NCBI GenBank assembly: GCA_036676395.1
Contig: JAKFCY010000002.1
Coordinates: 544,001-608,000, forward strand
DNA from: Bdellovibrio sp.
GTDB taxonomy: Bacteria; Bdellovibrionota; Bdellovibrionia; Bdellovibrionales; Bdellovibrionaceae
Direction: 5' to 3'
Length of the DNA: 64,000 bases
Both the position numbers and the translations under genes were made by a program. Position 1 is the stretch's first letter, and every line of letters begins with the position of its first letter. Positions 11,368-20,544 of the stretch are shown here, piece after piece. Under the pieces are notes generated by a model. That model did no database searches, was not told where the DNA came from, and worked only from the letters and a program-made list of their open reading frames with translations.

Positions 11368-12064
11368 CTCAAAGCCGCAAATTCTAATTATCGAAGACGA
11401 ACCAGCGATTGCAGAACTTATTGCTTTAACGATCAAAGAAGTTGATGCAGTTATTGAAAAAACGTTCTCGGCTGAACAAGCGATCTTCTTATTACAAAAT
11501 AAATCTTATGATCTGATTTTAGCTGACTGGATGTTACCAGGCTTACAAGGTATTGATCTGGTGGCTGCTGTTAAAAGTAAAAATCCAGAACAATTAATTT
11601 TAATGATTACCGCGAAAGCCGATTCAGAATCTATCGTGCGTGGCCTTGAAGCGGGTGCTGATGACTACGTATCAAAACCTTTTGATCCGCGAGTACTTGC
11701 AGCCAGAGTTAAAAACCTACTTCGTCGTAAGCAGGCCGAAGCCCAAGCGCAAGTGCTGGGGTCGACCGAGGTGTTTGAACTGAACGGCTTAAAGTTTGAT
11801 TACGGTCGTGTAGAAGTTACACTTAAACAAAATCCGATCCATTTAACGCCTTCTGAATTTAAACTGTTAGGTTTTCTTTTAAAATCGCAGGGGCGCGTTT
11901 TAACGCGTGATCAGCTGATAGATTTGATCCAAGGCGAAGATGTCACCGTAACTGGCCGAACCATCGACACGCATGTGTTTGCTCTACGTAAAAAACTTTT
12001 AGACTGGTCTGAACATATTGAAACAATTAGAGGAGTTGGGTATAGAGTTAACTACTCTATATGA
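11354..12064 (+). CDS. phoB: OmpR/PhoB-family response regulator
   Basis: IEDE, DWMLP, GADDYVSKPF, RTIDTH, TIRGVGY; between phoU and a kinase. Confidence 0.82.
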   Translation: MVPTSSKPQILIIEDEPAIAELIALTIKEVDAVIEKTFSAEQAIFLLQNKSYDLILADWMLPGLQGIDLVAAVKSKNPEQLILMITAKADSESIVRGLEAGADDYVSKPFDPRVLAARVKNLLRRKQAEAQAQVLGSTEVFELNGLKFDYGRVEVTLKQNPIHLTPSEFKLLGFLLKSQGRVLTRDQLIDLIQGEDVTVTGRTIDTHVFALRKKLLDWSEHIETIRGVGYRVNYSI

Positions 12065-13326
12065 CTCTGATTTATATCTTGTGCTTCTCATTAGGTTTAC
12101 TTATCGCGTGGCTTGTGTCCTACGCCGTATTCAGTCGCAAAATCAGAACCCAAACCCGTAAAATGGTAAAATTAATGAAGGCTGACGAGCTTAAGCTTGA
12201 TAGCCCAGATGATGCTTATGACGACGATGACGGTCATTTTTTCTCTGACCTAGAGCGCGCCTCATACACTCTGCGCCGCAAGTATTTACGTCTTAAAAAG
12301 AACTCTTCAGATGAACGTGCGGTTTTTGAAACAATATTTTCTGGATTAACCGAAGCGGTTGTAACGATTGATCGTCACTTAAGAATTATTTCTTTTAATG
12401 CGGCTTTCATGCAGCAGTTTAAATGGGCTCCGGCAAACGCAAATTCAAGTTACTATCTGCAAGACGTGATTCGTGAACCTGAAATCTTAGAAGCCTTTAA
12501 AAAAGTATTCGCCGGTGGCGAAGCTAAACGAAAAAATATTGGTGAGTACCAGTTGTTCGCAAGTATTTTACCTTCTATTGAAGATCATAAGACCTGGGCG
12601 CTGGGTGTTTTTTACGATATGTCTGAAATCCAAAAAACCGAAAAAATTCGAGTGGATTTCGTAGCCAATGCATCGCATGAATTACGTACTCCACTGACGG
12701 TGATTCGCGGTTACGCTGATTTATTAAATGCCAATTTACAAAAAGAAGCTTCAGCGCACGCCGAACTTTCGCGTCCAATCGTTGAAAGTGCACATCACAT
12801 GACTTTGCTTTTAAATGATTTATTAAATCTTTCGCGATTAGATAATTTAAATAAAATTGAAAAAGTAAAAATCAGCACCAAAGAAGTCACTGCCGATATT
12901 TTAAGTGAGCTTGAACCGATCATTGCGATGAATAATAAAAAAGTAATTTGTTATTTTAACGAAGAATATGTGTTTGCGGATTATTCAAGTCTTACTCAAG
13001 TGCTGCGTAATTTAATCGTCAATGCCATTCGCTATTCAGGAACTGACCGTGATGCTGAGGTGATCGAAGTGCGTTGGACCAGTCACGGGGTTGCAACTCA
13101 ATTAGTGGTGAAAGACCACGGGCCAGGTATTGGTAAAGAACATCAAAGCCGAATATTCGAACGCTTCTACCGTGTTGATAAAGGCCGTAACCGCAATCAA
13201 GGTGGTTCGGGTCTTGGTTTAGCTTTAGTTAAACATCACACGCAAATTCACGGCGGGCAGATTTCGTTACAATCAGATATCGGTGAAGGCTGTCAATTCA
13301 CATGTGAGTTTCCTAACGGTTTATAG
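12061..13326 (+). CDS. phoR: PhoR-like sensor histidine kinase
   Basis: DFVANASHELRTPL, NLIVNAIRY, IFERFYRVDK, GSGLGLA; PAS-like region. Confidence 0.85.
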   Translation: MTLIYILCFSLGLLIAWLVSYAVFSRKIRTQTRKMVKLMKADELKLDSPDDAYDDDDGHFFSDLERASYTLRRKYLRLKKNSSDERAVFETIFSGLTEAVVTIDRHLRIISFNAAFMQQFKWAPANANSSYYLQDVIREPEILEAFKKVFAGGEAKRKNIGEYQLFASILPSIEDHKTWALGVFYDMSEIQKTEKIRVDFVANASHELRTPLTVIRGYADLLNANLQKEASAHAELSRPIVESAHHMTLLLNDLLNLSRLDNLNKIEKVKISTKEVTADILSELEPIIAMNNKKVICYFNEEYVFADYSSLTQVLRNLIVNAIRYSGTDRDAEVIEVRWTSHGVATQLVVKDHGPGIGKEHQSRIFERFYRVDKGRNRNQGGSGLGLALVKHHTQIHGGQISLQSDIGEGCQFTCEFPNGL

Positions 13327-13328
13327 TC

Positions 13329-14213
13329 ATGAAATTACATAATGAAAAGTTTGAAGCTTATTTTTCCTCTGTGTATGGCGATCGCTGGCCGGCTTTGTCG
13401 CAAGCGCTAGAAGTTAGCGAAACCCAAGTCTTACGTAAAAACTTATTTGCCGATTATGAAGCTAAAGACTTCTCTGCGGTTAGTTTCAATAATTGTTTTC
13501 AAGTAAACCCAGAAATCAACGTGCATAACTTGCGCGATGCTAATGATGTGCAAGTGTTTTACAAAATGGATCCTGCCAGCGTATTAGTCGCGACAGCACT
13601 TGATGTGCAACCTGAAGACTTGGTCTTAGATATGTGCGCAGCCCCTGGTGGTAAAACCTTAATCTTAGCTGAAAAACTGAATGGCACTGGTCAATTAGTT
13701 TCAAACGAGTATTCGAATGCCCGTCGTGAGCGTCTAGTTCGCGTGGTGCGTGAATATTTACCGCACGAAATGCGCCAGAATGTGTTTGTACAGGGTAAAG
13801 ACGGCAATGCTTATGGCCGAGATAAGGTCGATGTCTTTGATCGTGTGTTAGCCGATGTGCCGTGTTCGGGTGAACGTCATCTTTTAGAAAATCCACAAGA
13901 GTTTTCTGAATGGACAAAACGTCGCAGCGAAAATTTAGCGATTCGTCAGTATTCGTTATTATCATCTGCTTATTTAGCTTGTCGGGTAGGTGGACAAATC
14001 GTTTATTCGACGTGTTCGATTTCGCCTTTAGAAAATGATGATGTTGTTAAAAAATTAAAGAAAAAACGTTCAGTAGAGTTTTTAGAATTTAAAAATATGG
14101 ATAAGTATCCGTTTATAGAAAAAACTGAATTTGGTTATCAGATTTTACCGGATCGTTCCGGTGGTTATGGCCCAATGTATTTTTCGATTATTCGTAAACT
14201 TGCAGATTCGTAA
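13329..14213 (+). CDS. RsmB/RsmF (NOL1/NOP2/Sun) RNA m5C methyltransferase
   Basis: LDMCAAPGGKT, DVPCSG, VYSTCS. Confidence 0.9.
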   Translation: MKLHNEKFEAYFSSVYGDRWPALSQALEVSETQVLRKNLFADYEAKDFSAVSFNNCFQVNPEINVHNLRDANDVQVFYKMDPASVLVATALDVQPEDLVLDMCAAPGGKTLILAEKLNGTGQLVSNEYSNARRERLVRVVREYLPHEMRQNVFVQGKDGNAYGRDKVDVFDRVLADVPCSGERHLLENPQEFSEWTKRRSENLAIRQYSLLSSAYLACRVGGQIVYSTCSISPLENDDVVKKLKKKRSVEFLEFKNMDKYPFIEKTEFGYQILPDRSGGYGPMYFSIIRKLADS

Positions 14214-14236
14214 TTGTGGTTTTTTAATGTTACACT

Positions 14237-14273
14237 CTTAAGCCGAAAGTTGACCGTCGTCAGAGTGCGTCGA
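14237..14273 (+). repeat. Left arm of a 37-bp imperfect inverted repeat
   Basis: cttaagccgaaagttgaccgtcgtcagagtgcgtcga; 33/37 match to the reverse complement of 14917-14953. Confidence 0.9.
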
Positions 14274-14304
14274 CGCGATCTAAGTTATCACGAATAATGG
14301 TTGT

Positions 14305-14850
14305 CTATTTGATAAGTGTTTTTGTCCTATTTATCGCAAAATTTGTCGAGACTATTTGATCTTCAGGAGCATTACGCTGAATCCGAAGTTTCATGGCTTC
14401 TTCAAAGCAAAGTAGTGCCTCTGAAAATCTACTCTGGTCGAATAAGTTTTTTCCTGCATGTTGAAGTGCAAAGTCTAAATATAAATTAGCCTCAGAGTTT
14501 ATTCTGCAAGCAGAAATAATTTTGTTAAAAAGAAAATCGCTTTCATTATATCTTTTTTGCCATTGTAACACATGGGCTAATCGAATGTTTTGTTGAACTT
14601 CCAATTTAATACCTAAATGATTATTTTTTGTAAGCTCTAAGGCTTCTAAAAGATAATTTTGTGCACTCACTAGGTCATTAAGACTTCTTAGGTAAGTGCC
14701 AAGTTCACCTAGTGTGCGAACTCGTTCAATGGGTGTTATTGAGCTTTTTAATTTTTGTCTTAATTCGTTAGTGTATTCTTTAAGACCATTTGGATCACAT
14801 GGTATATCCCATAAATTCTCGTCAAATTTTATCTCAAGTCTTTTATCCAT
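14305..14850 (-). CDS. Tetratricopeptide-repeat-like protein
   Basis: Helical TPR-like segments (LGELGTYLR..A..L.EAL; ALQHAGK..F...A..CFEEA); AT-richer than flanks. Confidence 0.7.
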   Translation of the reverse strand: MDKRLEIKFDENLWDIPCDPNGLKEYTNELRQKLKSSITPIERVRTLGELGTYLRSLNDLVSAQNYLLEALELTKNNHLGIKLEVQQNIRLAHVLQWQKRYNESDFLFNKIISACRINSEANLYLDFALQHAGKNLFDQSRFSEALLCFEEAMKLRIQRNAPEDQIVSTNFAINRTKTLIK

Positions 14851-14916
14851 CTAGTACGAGTATGTAACAGAAATAAGTTTTGGTCATCTGACTAATCTTA
14901 TCCGTTAGAGTATCCA

Positions 14917-14953
14917 TCAACGCGCTCTGACGACGGTCAACTTCCGGCTCAAG
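14917..14953 (-). repeat. Right arm of the 37-bp inverted repeat
   Basis: tcaacgcgctctgacgacggtcaacttccggctcaag. Confidence 0.9.
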
Positions 14954-14963
14954 GCACTCACAC

Positions 14964-14994
14964 AAAAAAAAGCCCCGGTATTTCTACCGAGGCT
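14964..14994 (-). terminator. Rho-independent terminator of the di-heme protein gene
   Basis: agccccggta-tttc-taccgaggct stem with A8 (U8 on minus); 25 nt identical to the fusA terminator. Confidence 0.85.
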
Positions 14995-15018
14995 CGTTAT
15001 TTAATCTTTAATTTCAGA

Positions 15019-17862
15019 TTAGAAATGTTTTAAGTACTCAATCAGAGCATCTTGTTCAGCAGGTGTGAAGCCCACTTTACTACGAGAGTATTTTGTACCG
15101 AAGTAGTGACCGCGGTTAACTGTTGTATCAGCACATTTGCTGGCGTCAACTAAGTCTTTGGCCGCTAATTCCATGAAGCGGTCACGCGCCACTTCGCCTT
15201 TTAAGCCTTTGAATTGAATTTCAAAGCTTGCACGAGTTAAAGATACAACCGCGTCGATTAATTGGTATTGCGCTTCCAGTACTGTTTTAGGAGCGAAAAT
15301 CACATCCATTTTAAGACCTGCGTAAGTTAAGTCTAAGTTTGAAAGTAAGTTGATCGGAACACCTGCAGGCAGAGGTCCGATTTTAAGAGACTTGCCGACG
15401 TTTGCTTCGTTGACGATGGCATTATCAATCGGCGCATCATACTGAGCGACTTTACGCTTATCTTTGTCTTTTTTGAAGACTTCGTTGGCTGCTACAACTG
15501 GCTTTTCTAAAGCTTCTTTAGAATAATTAACAACAAATTCGCCATCAACTTCTTCAAATGATCCGCCATTAGCTAAGATCGTTTTGAAAACCGCTGATTT
15601 AAGTAAGAAGGGTACAAACTTAATCGGGATTTTGATGTAGCTGTCTGCTGTAAGTACATCGACTAGGCCTGGCACTTTATCGCCGTAGATTGAAGTGTAC
15701 TGAACTTTAACTTCACCTGCGCGCTGAGGTTCGCCGCGTAAATCCGGATTTAATAATTTTCTGATAGAATCATCAAACGACGCCATACGGCCTTCGACAG
15801 TTCCGCGATCATCAAATTTACCTAAAGAGTTATTTTGAAAGAATGGGGCTGTTGACCATAAGCTGATAAGTGATGGTGCACGTAAGTAACCGCGGCCACC
15901 AGCTGGCACAGCTTTATCTTCAGACGTTAAAATTACGCCCATGTTATTACCTGATCTCATTGTTGACGGGTAATTAATACGAAACGTACCCACTGAAGGT
16001 AAAGCTTTGTAAGAGCTAGAAGCGAAGTTATCCCAGATATTATCTTTGATCGCATTCGTTGCAATCGAGCTGCAAAGGTTAGTATCAATGGCTGTCATCG
16101 GAATACGGATATCAGTCGATAAGTAGTTATTATCTAAGAAATCTTTTTGGTTAACGATGCCTTCGATTTGTGTGTGGTATTCAGCAGTTTTTGTGTATTC
16201 AACATAGTTTGACCAGCACTTCATGTAGCCAGCGCCAACACATTCAGGACGGTTAAAGATGCCGTAAACTTTTTCTGGAAGTTTAGACGAGTGACAAGAG
16301 GCGCAGTTATTGGCAAATAATTTTTTACCAAGTTTGACTTGTTCGCTTTCAATATCTTTTAAGTATTTAGTTCCTTCTGGAGCTTGGGCTAAACCATCTT
16401 TACGTGAGGCAACCATTAAGAACATCGCAAGATCAGTAGTCTGGATGACGTTAGCTTGCCAGTAACCTGAATTTGCCGCAGCTTTTTTAATTTGAAACGG
16501 CGTAATGTGTGCGCCGCCAATTACCGGTACAAAGTTTTCTAACCAGTGTTCAGAGAATAAACCGATGTTAACATACACGCGGTTTAAAGCTCCTAATACA
16601 CCCACAGAATCGGCGCCATCTTTTAATACGCGAGGAGAAAGTGCAGAAGTATTGCCATTTTTCGTGAAACCCAACAGCGGAGAATTTTTTGGCATTCCCG
16701 GCATCATCGAAAATTGGGTATTTAATAATTCGCCATCTTTTAAGTTTTCCCAGTTACCGAATTTAGCAGCTGCGTGCATACGTGCACCCAGTTCATAAAC
16801 GGCATTCATCGTGCGTGGGTTATTGATTTGATCTGAAGAAACTAATGAAGTATCTAAAGCTCCAGGGCGGGCCGTGTGAGCTAATTGGTAAATAAAATTG
16901 TCTACGCTTTTTTTGTAGTTAAAGTTAAATACGCGATCAAACCAGAAGTATTGCGCACCTACATTAGAATTTAAGTTTGCCCATTTTGGATTGTTAAAGT
17001 CTGCCGGCGGATTAACTGGATTTGGTCCAACGTGACAAAATGCGCAGCTCATGCCTACGCGGTAAGGTTTAACTAATGTCGGGTCGTTGTAATAAGCAGG
17101 GTCGTTGTAATAACGAACCGGATCCCAGCGATTTGCAGCCGCTTGATCAAACTTTGGGTTTGTAAATAAACGAAGACCGATGACTCCAGTTGGAACTCCG
17201 TAGAAAGAACCCACTTCTAAATGTTTTTGTTGGCCTTTGTAAGTTAATGTTTTTCCGCGTGCGCCGATTTTGGCGCCAGGATATTTTTTAGCATCTGAAA
17301 ATGGTTCTGGAGGACATTCTGCAGAGACCACGCGTTTATCAAGTCTTAAACCCCAACGCTCAGGAAGTGGTTCTTTGTTGTTCACATAACAAGGTTCATT
17401 CACTAAACCGATTTGTTGCCAACGGTTCGCACGCGAATAAGGCTGGTTTGGATCATTGGAAATTAATTTTACGAAATCTAAATTACCGAAAGTATGGTCA
17501 CTTAAAAAATCCCAGAATTTATCATTACCGCCACTCCATGCAATCCAGTTGTTACGGCCTTTGACGAAAGCTTTCACGGCATCGGCTTTTGTGATTCCCG
17601 GAACATAAGGTGATAAGGCTTTATGGATTTGATCTTGGTTTTCTGGACGGCTTAAAGCGTAGTCCATATCCATGTAGTAATCATCAGCCGAACCTTGTTT
17701 CATTTTGGCGATCATATCTTTGCTATTTTCGGCAAGCATGGCTTCATCTTTTTTGTCGAGGTATTTGCCGACAAACGGAAGTTTTTGGCCAAATTTAATG
17801 ATTTGGGCGTTTGCTGAAAAGGCGATGAATGTGAACGATAATATGAGAGCGATTTTTGGCAT
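15019..17862 (-). CDS. Large exported di-heme c-type cytochrome (RoxA/MauG-like superfamily)
   Basis: Signal peptide MPKIALILSF...ANA; two CxxCH motifs (CAFCH, CASCH); YLRAPSLISLWSTAPFFQNNS; C-terminal ALIEYLKHF. Confidence 0.72.
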   Translation of the reverse strand: MPKIALILSFTFIAFSANAQIIKFGQKLPFVGKYLDKKDEAMLAENSKDMIAKMKQGSADDYYMDMDYALSRPENQDQIHKALSPYVPGITKADAVKAFVKGRNNWIAWSGGNDKFWDFLSDHTFGNLDFVKLISNDPNQPYSRANRWQQIGLVNEPCYVNNKEPLPERWGLRLDKRVVSAECPPEPFSDAKKYPGAKIGARGKTLTYKGQQKHLEVGSFYGVPTGVIGLRLFTNPKFDQAAANRWDPVRYYNDPAYYNDPTLVKPYRVGMSCAFCHVGPNPVNPPADFNNPKWANLNSNVGAQYFWFDRVFNFNYKKSVDNFIYQLAHTARPGALDTSLVSSDQINNPRTMNAVYELGARMHAAAKFGNWENLKDGELLNTQFSMMPGMPKNSPLLGFTKNGNTSALSPRVLKDGADSVGVLGALNRVYVNIGLFSEHWLENFVPVIGGAHITPFQIKKAAANSGYWQANVIQTTDLAMFLMVASRKDGLAQAPEGTKYLKDIESEQVKLGKKLFANNCASCHSSKLPEKVYGIFNRPECVGAGYMKCWSNYVEYTKTAEYHTQIEGIVNQKDFLDNNYLSTDIRIPMTAIDTNLCSSIATNAIKDNIWDNFASSSYKALPSVGTFRINYPSTMRSGNNMGVILTSEDKAVPAGGRGYLRAPSLISLWSTAPFFQNNSLGKFDDRGTVEGRMASFDDSIRKLLNPDLRGEPQRAGEVKVQYTSIYGDKVPGLVDVLTADSYIKIPIKFVPFLLKSAVFKTILANGGSFEEVDGEFVVNYSKEALEKPVVAANEVFKKDKDKRKVAQYDAPIDNAIVNEANVGKSLKIGPLPAGVPINLLSNLDLTYAGLKMDVIFAPKTVLEAQYQLIDAVVSLTRASFEIQFKGLKGEVARDRFMELAAKDLVDASKCADTTVNRGHYFGTKYSRSKVGFTPAEQDALIEYLKHF

Positions 17863-17960
17863 AGAAAAACATCCTTGTCTTATATATGTATGACCTCTAA
17901 ATCTTAACATATATTCGGCAAAAACAGTTACCCGGCTAGGTAAGCAATCTGGATGTTGGT

Positions 17961-18245
17961 CTAGCTGATGGTCTCATTTGTTGTGTTATTTTTTTGGAGC
18001 AGCGCTACACGATAACTTTGCAGGCTATAGTGGCCGTAAGTTTTAATGCGGTAAAGGTCTAAGACCTCTTGTTGCACTTCTTCAATCACTTCGACGTCAA
18101 GGCCCAGTGGGGCATACATTTTCAGATGCTGAAATTCTTCGACGAAAAGTTGCGTCACTCGCTCAACGAATTGGTCAGCAGTCTCAGAAATGTTGTGAGT
18201 AGACTTAATCTCTTCTTCAATAATTTGCAGAATCATTTTTTTCAT
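17961..18245 (-). CDS. Hypothetical small acidic protein
   Basis: 94-aa ORF filling the gap; sigma-28-like promoter upstream. Confidence 0.7.
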   Translation of the reverse strand: MKKMILQIIEEEIKSTHNISETADQFVERVTQLFVEEFQHLKMYAPLGLDVEVIEEVQQEVLDLYRIKTYGHYSLQSYRVALLQKNNTTNETIS

Positions 18246-18254
18246 ATATAGATT

Positions 18255-18281
18255 TTTTCGGATAGTTAAGCTAAAACCTAA
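18255..18281 (-). promoter_or_regulatory. Sigma-28-like promoter
   Basis: Minus strand TTAG-N15-TCCGAAAA. Confidence 0.5.
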
Positions 18282-18284
18282 ACT

Positions 18285-19595
18285 GTGAAATCGCCTAGTT
18301 TTTCAGAATTTCAGACAATTATCCAATATCTGCACGACGAGCTGATCGGAAGTCAGTTGCAAGAGGTGATCTCGACGGAAGACGGCCTGGTGCTTGGCTT
18401 TTACCGCTTCGTTCATGAGCCTAAAGCCGTGTGGTTGGTGTTAGATTTAGATACACAGTTTCCTTTCGTCGGGCTTTACCCGCAAAACCCGTGGCTTAAA
18501 ATTAAAAAAACTAAGCCTGTGGCCCTGTTTTTAAATTCGCATTTTAAAAATACGCATTTAAAAGACGTGCAAGTCTTAGAAAACTTTGGTCGCGTCGCGG
18601 ATTTTGATTTTAGTCTTCCCGACAAAAAGTTAGTCTTGCAGGTGCGCCTGATTCCTAGACAGCCGAATGTGATTGTCACAGCTGAAGGTAAAAGCGTTTC
18701 CTGGGATAAACCCCGCGATTTAGCCGTGGCCACAAGAGATGAAAATTTTGAGTCTGAAAATCGTTCGATTCCTTTTTTATTTAAACAGTGGTTTGAGCGT
18801 CGTGCGAAAACTAAAGTGAATGAATCAGCTGCCGGTGGCGGACAATCTCCGTATGAAAAATGGATGCAACAACGAAAAAAAGACCTGCAGAAAAAACAAA
18901 AAGCGTTGTTGCAAATTGATGAACAAAAAAATGAATTAAAAAAAGTTCCCTGGGCTGAAATCGGTAATTTTTTAAAAACCAATGGTTTTAAAGATCTTCC
19001 GCATGAATGGTCGCAGTATGTCGATTTTAAACAAAAACCTTCGGTCAGTATTGAAAAAGCTTTTGAAAAATCCAAACAAGTGGCGCACAAACTTTTAGGC
19101 GCCGATGAGCGCAAAAAACAAATCGCCTTAGAAATTGATTTGGCCGCCGATGTATCTGAAAAGCGGTTTCAGCAACATTTAAATGAATTGGCTGTTAAAC
19201 AAGCAAAACAAGGACTGCGTAAAGCCACCGAAGGTCATTTTCGCAAACTAAACATCGACGGTGAAAACCCAGTAAGTGTTTTGATGGGTAAAAACGCCGG
19301 TGAAAACTTAAAACTACTGCGCCAAGCCAAAGCTTGGGATCTTTGGATACACCTTAAAGATTATCCAAGTGCCTATGCTATTATACAAAAACCTAAGGAT
19401 AAAAATGTCTCGGATCAGGTTTTGATCCAAGCAAGCCAGTGGTTAGTCAAAGAATCCATTAAAAACAAAAAACACATGGATGGTGCAAAGCTTTCTGTGG
19501 TGATTGTTGAATGTCGTCACGTGAAACCGATCAAAGGGGATAAGATTGGGCGTGTGACTTATCATCACCCTCGGGAAATGTTGATTACCGTATAA
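18285..19595 (+). CDS. NFACT/RqcH (FbpA-like) protein, shortened
   Basis: N-terminal NFACT-N-like region, central coiled coil, C-terminal GKNAGEN...DLWIHLKDYPSAY (NFACT-R-like). Confidence 0.7.
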   Translation: MKSPSFSEFQTIIQYLHDELIGSQLQEVISTEDGLVLGFYRFVHEPKAVWLVLDLDTQFPFVGLYPQNPWLKIKKTKPVALFLNSHFKNTHLKDVQVLENFGRVADFDFSLPDKKLVLQVRLIPRQPNVIVTAEGKSVSWDKPRDLAVATRDENFESENRSIPFLFKQWFERRAKTKVNESAAGGGQSPYEKWMQQRKKDLQKKQKALLQIDEQKNELKKVPWAEIGNFLKTNGFKDLPHEWSQYVDFKQKPSVSIEKAFEKSKQVAHKLLGADERKKQIALEIDLAADVSEKRFQQHLNELAVKQAKQGLRKATEGHFRKLNIDGENPVSVLMGKNAGENLKLLRQAKAWDLWIHLKDYPSAYAIIQKPKDKNVSDQVLIQASQWLVKESIKNKKHMDGAKLSVVIVECRHVKPIKGDKIGRVTYHHPREMLITV

Positions 19596-19617
19596 AATTT
19601 TGCTCTAATTTACAGTT

Positions 19618-20544
19618 ATGATAGAAGTGTATAATCTCTGTAAGAATTACGGTGAACGTAAAGCCATTCAAGATATCAATTTTAGAATTTCACCCGGCGA
19701 TGTGGTGGGGTTACTTGGGCCAAATGGGGCCGGTAAATCAACGACCATGAAAATCATCACAGGTTTTATGGCACCAACATCTGGGGTCGCAAAAATTTGT
19801 GGAATCGATGTTTTTGAAAATCCTATCGAAGTGAAAAAACGAATTGGTTATTTGCCAGAAGCTCCGCCGGTTTACTTAGATATGACGGTGCAAGATTATT
19901 TAAATTTTGTGGCTGATCTGAAATTAGTAGAGAGTTCTAAGAAAAAAGGTTTAATTGAAAAAGCCCTGCAAAAAACCCAGTTATTAGATGTAAGGTTTCG
20001 ATTAATTAAAAACTTATCCAAAGGGTTTCGCCAACGTGTGGGGATCGCTCAGGCGTTAGTGTCTGATCCGGATGTGTTAGTGTTAGATGAGCCAACAGTG
20101 GGCTTAGATCCAAAACAAGTGGCCGAAGTTCGTGATCTGATCAAAGAATTAAAAGGCCAGCACACGATTATTTTGTCAACTCATATATTACCTGAAGTGC
20201 AAGCCACGTGTAACCGTGTGATTATTATTCATAACGGTCAAATCGTGGCTGAAGATTCAATCGATAATATAGAAAAACTGAATCAAGGTTTGATTACCGT
20301 GAATGTAAAAACTAAAAAAGACCTGATGTTGATCTCAGAATTTCAAAAAATATCTGGAGTCCATCATGTTGAACAAATGGGTTCAGCGTCTTACCGTATT
20401 CAAATCAAAGACGAAGATGTGCTAGATCTGATCGCCCAGCAAATTATCAAATCCGGCGCTGGCCTGCGGGAATTGACGCCAGCGACGCAAAATCTTGAAG
20501 ATGTGTTTTTAAAACTGACTTATGGTCAAAAGGAGCAGATATGA
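19618..20544 (+). CDS. ABC transporter ATP-binding protein (GldA-like)
   Basis: GPNGAGKST, LSKGFRQR, LDEPTVGLDP. Confidence 0.92.
   Translation: MIEVYNLCKNYGERKAIQDINFRISPGDVVGLLGPNGAGKSTTMKIITGFMAPTSGVAKICGIDVFENPIEVKKRIGYLPEAPPVYLDMTVQDYLNFVADLKLVESSKKKGLIEKALQKTQLLDVRFRLIKNLSKGFRQRVGIAQALVSDPDVLVLDEPTVGLDPKQVAEVRDLIKELKGQHTIILSTHILPEVQATCNRVIIIHNGQIVAEDSIDNIEKLNQGLITVNVKTKKDLMLISEFQKISGVHHVEQMGSASYRIQIKDEDVLDLIAQQIIKSGAGLRELTPATQNLEDVFLKLTYGQKEQI

Larger units (their letters stand above)
14237..14953. mobile_element. Putative non-autonomous IR-bounded cassette carrying one gene
   Basis: Terminal inverted repeats, AT-rich passenger gene, no transposase; possible cactc direct repeat at 14233-14237 and 14955-14959. 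Confidence 0.5.
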
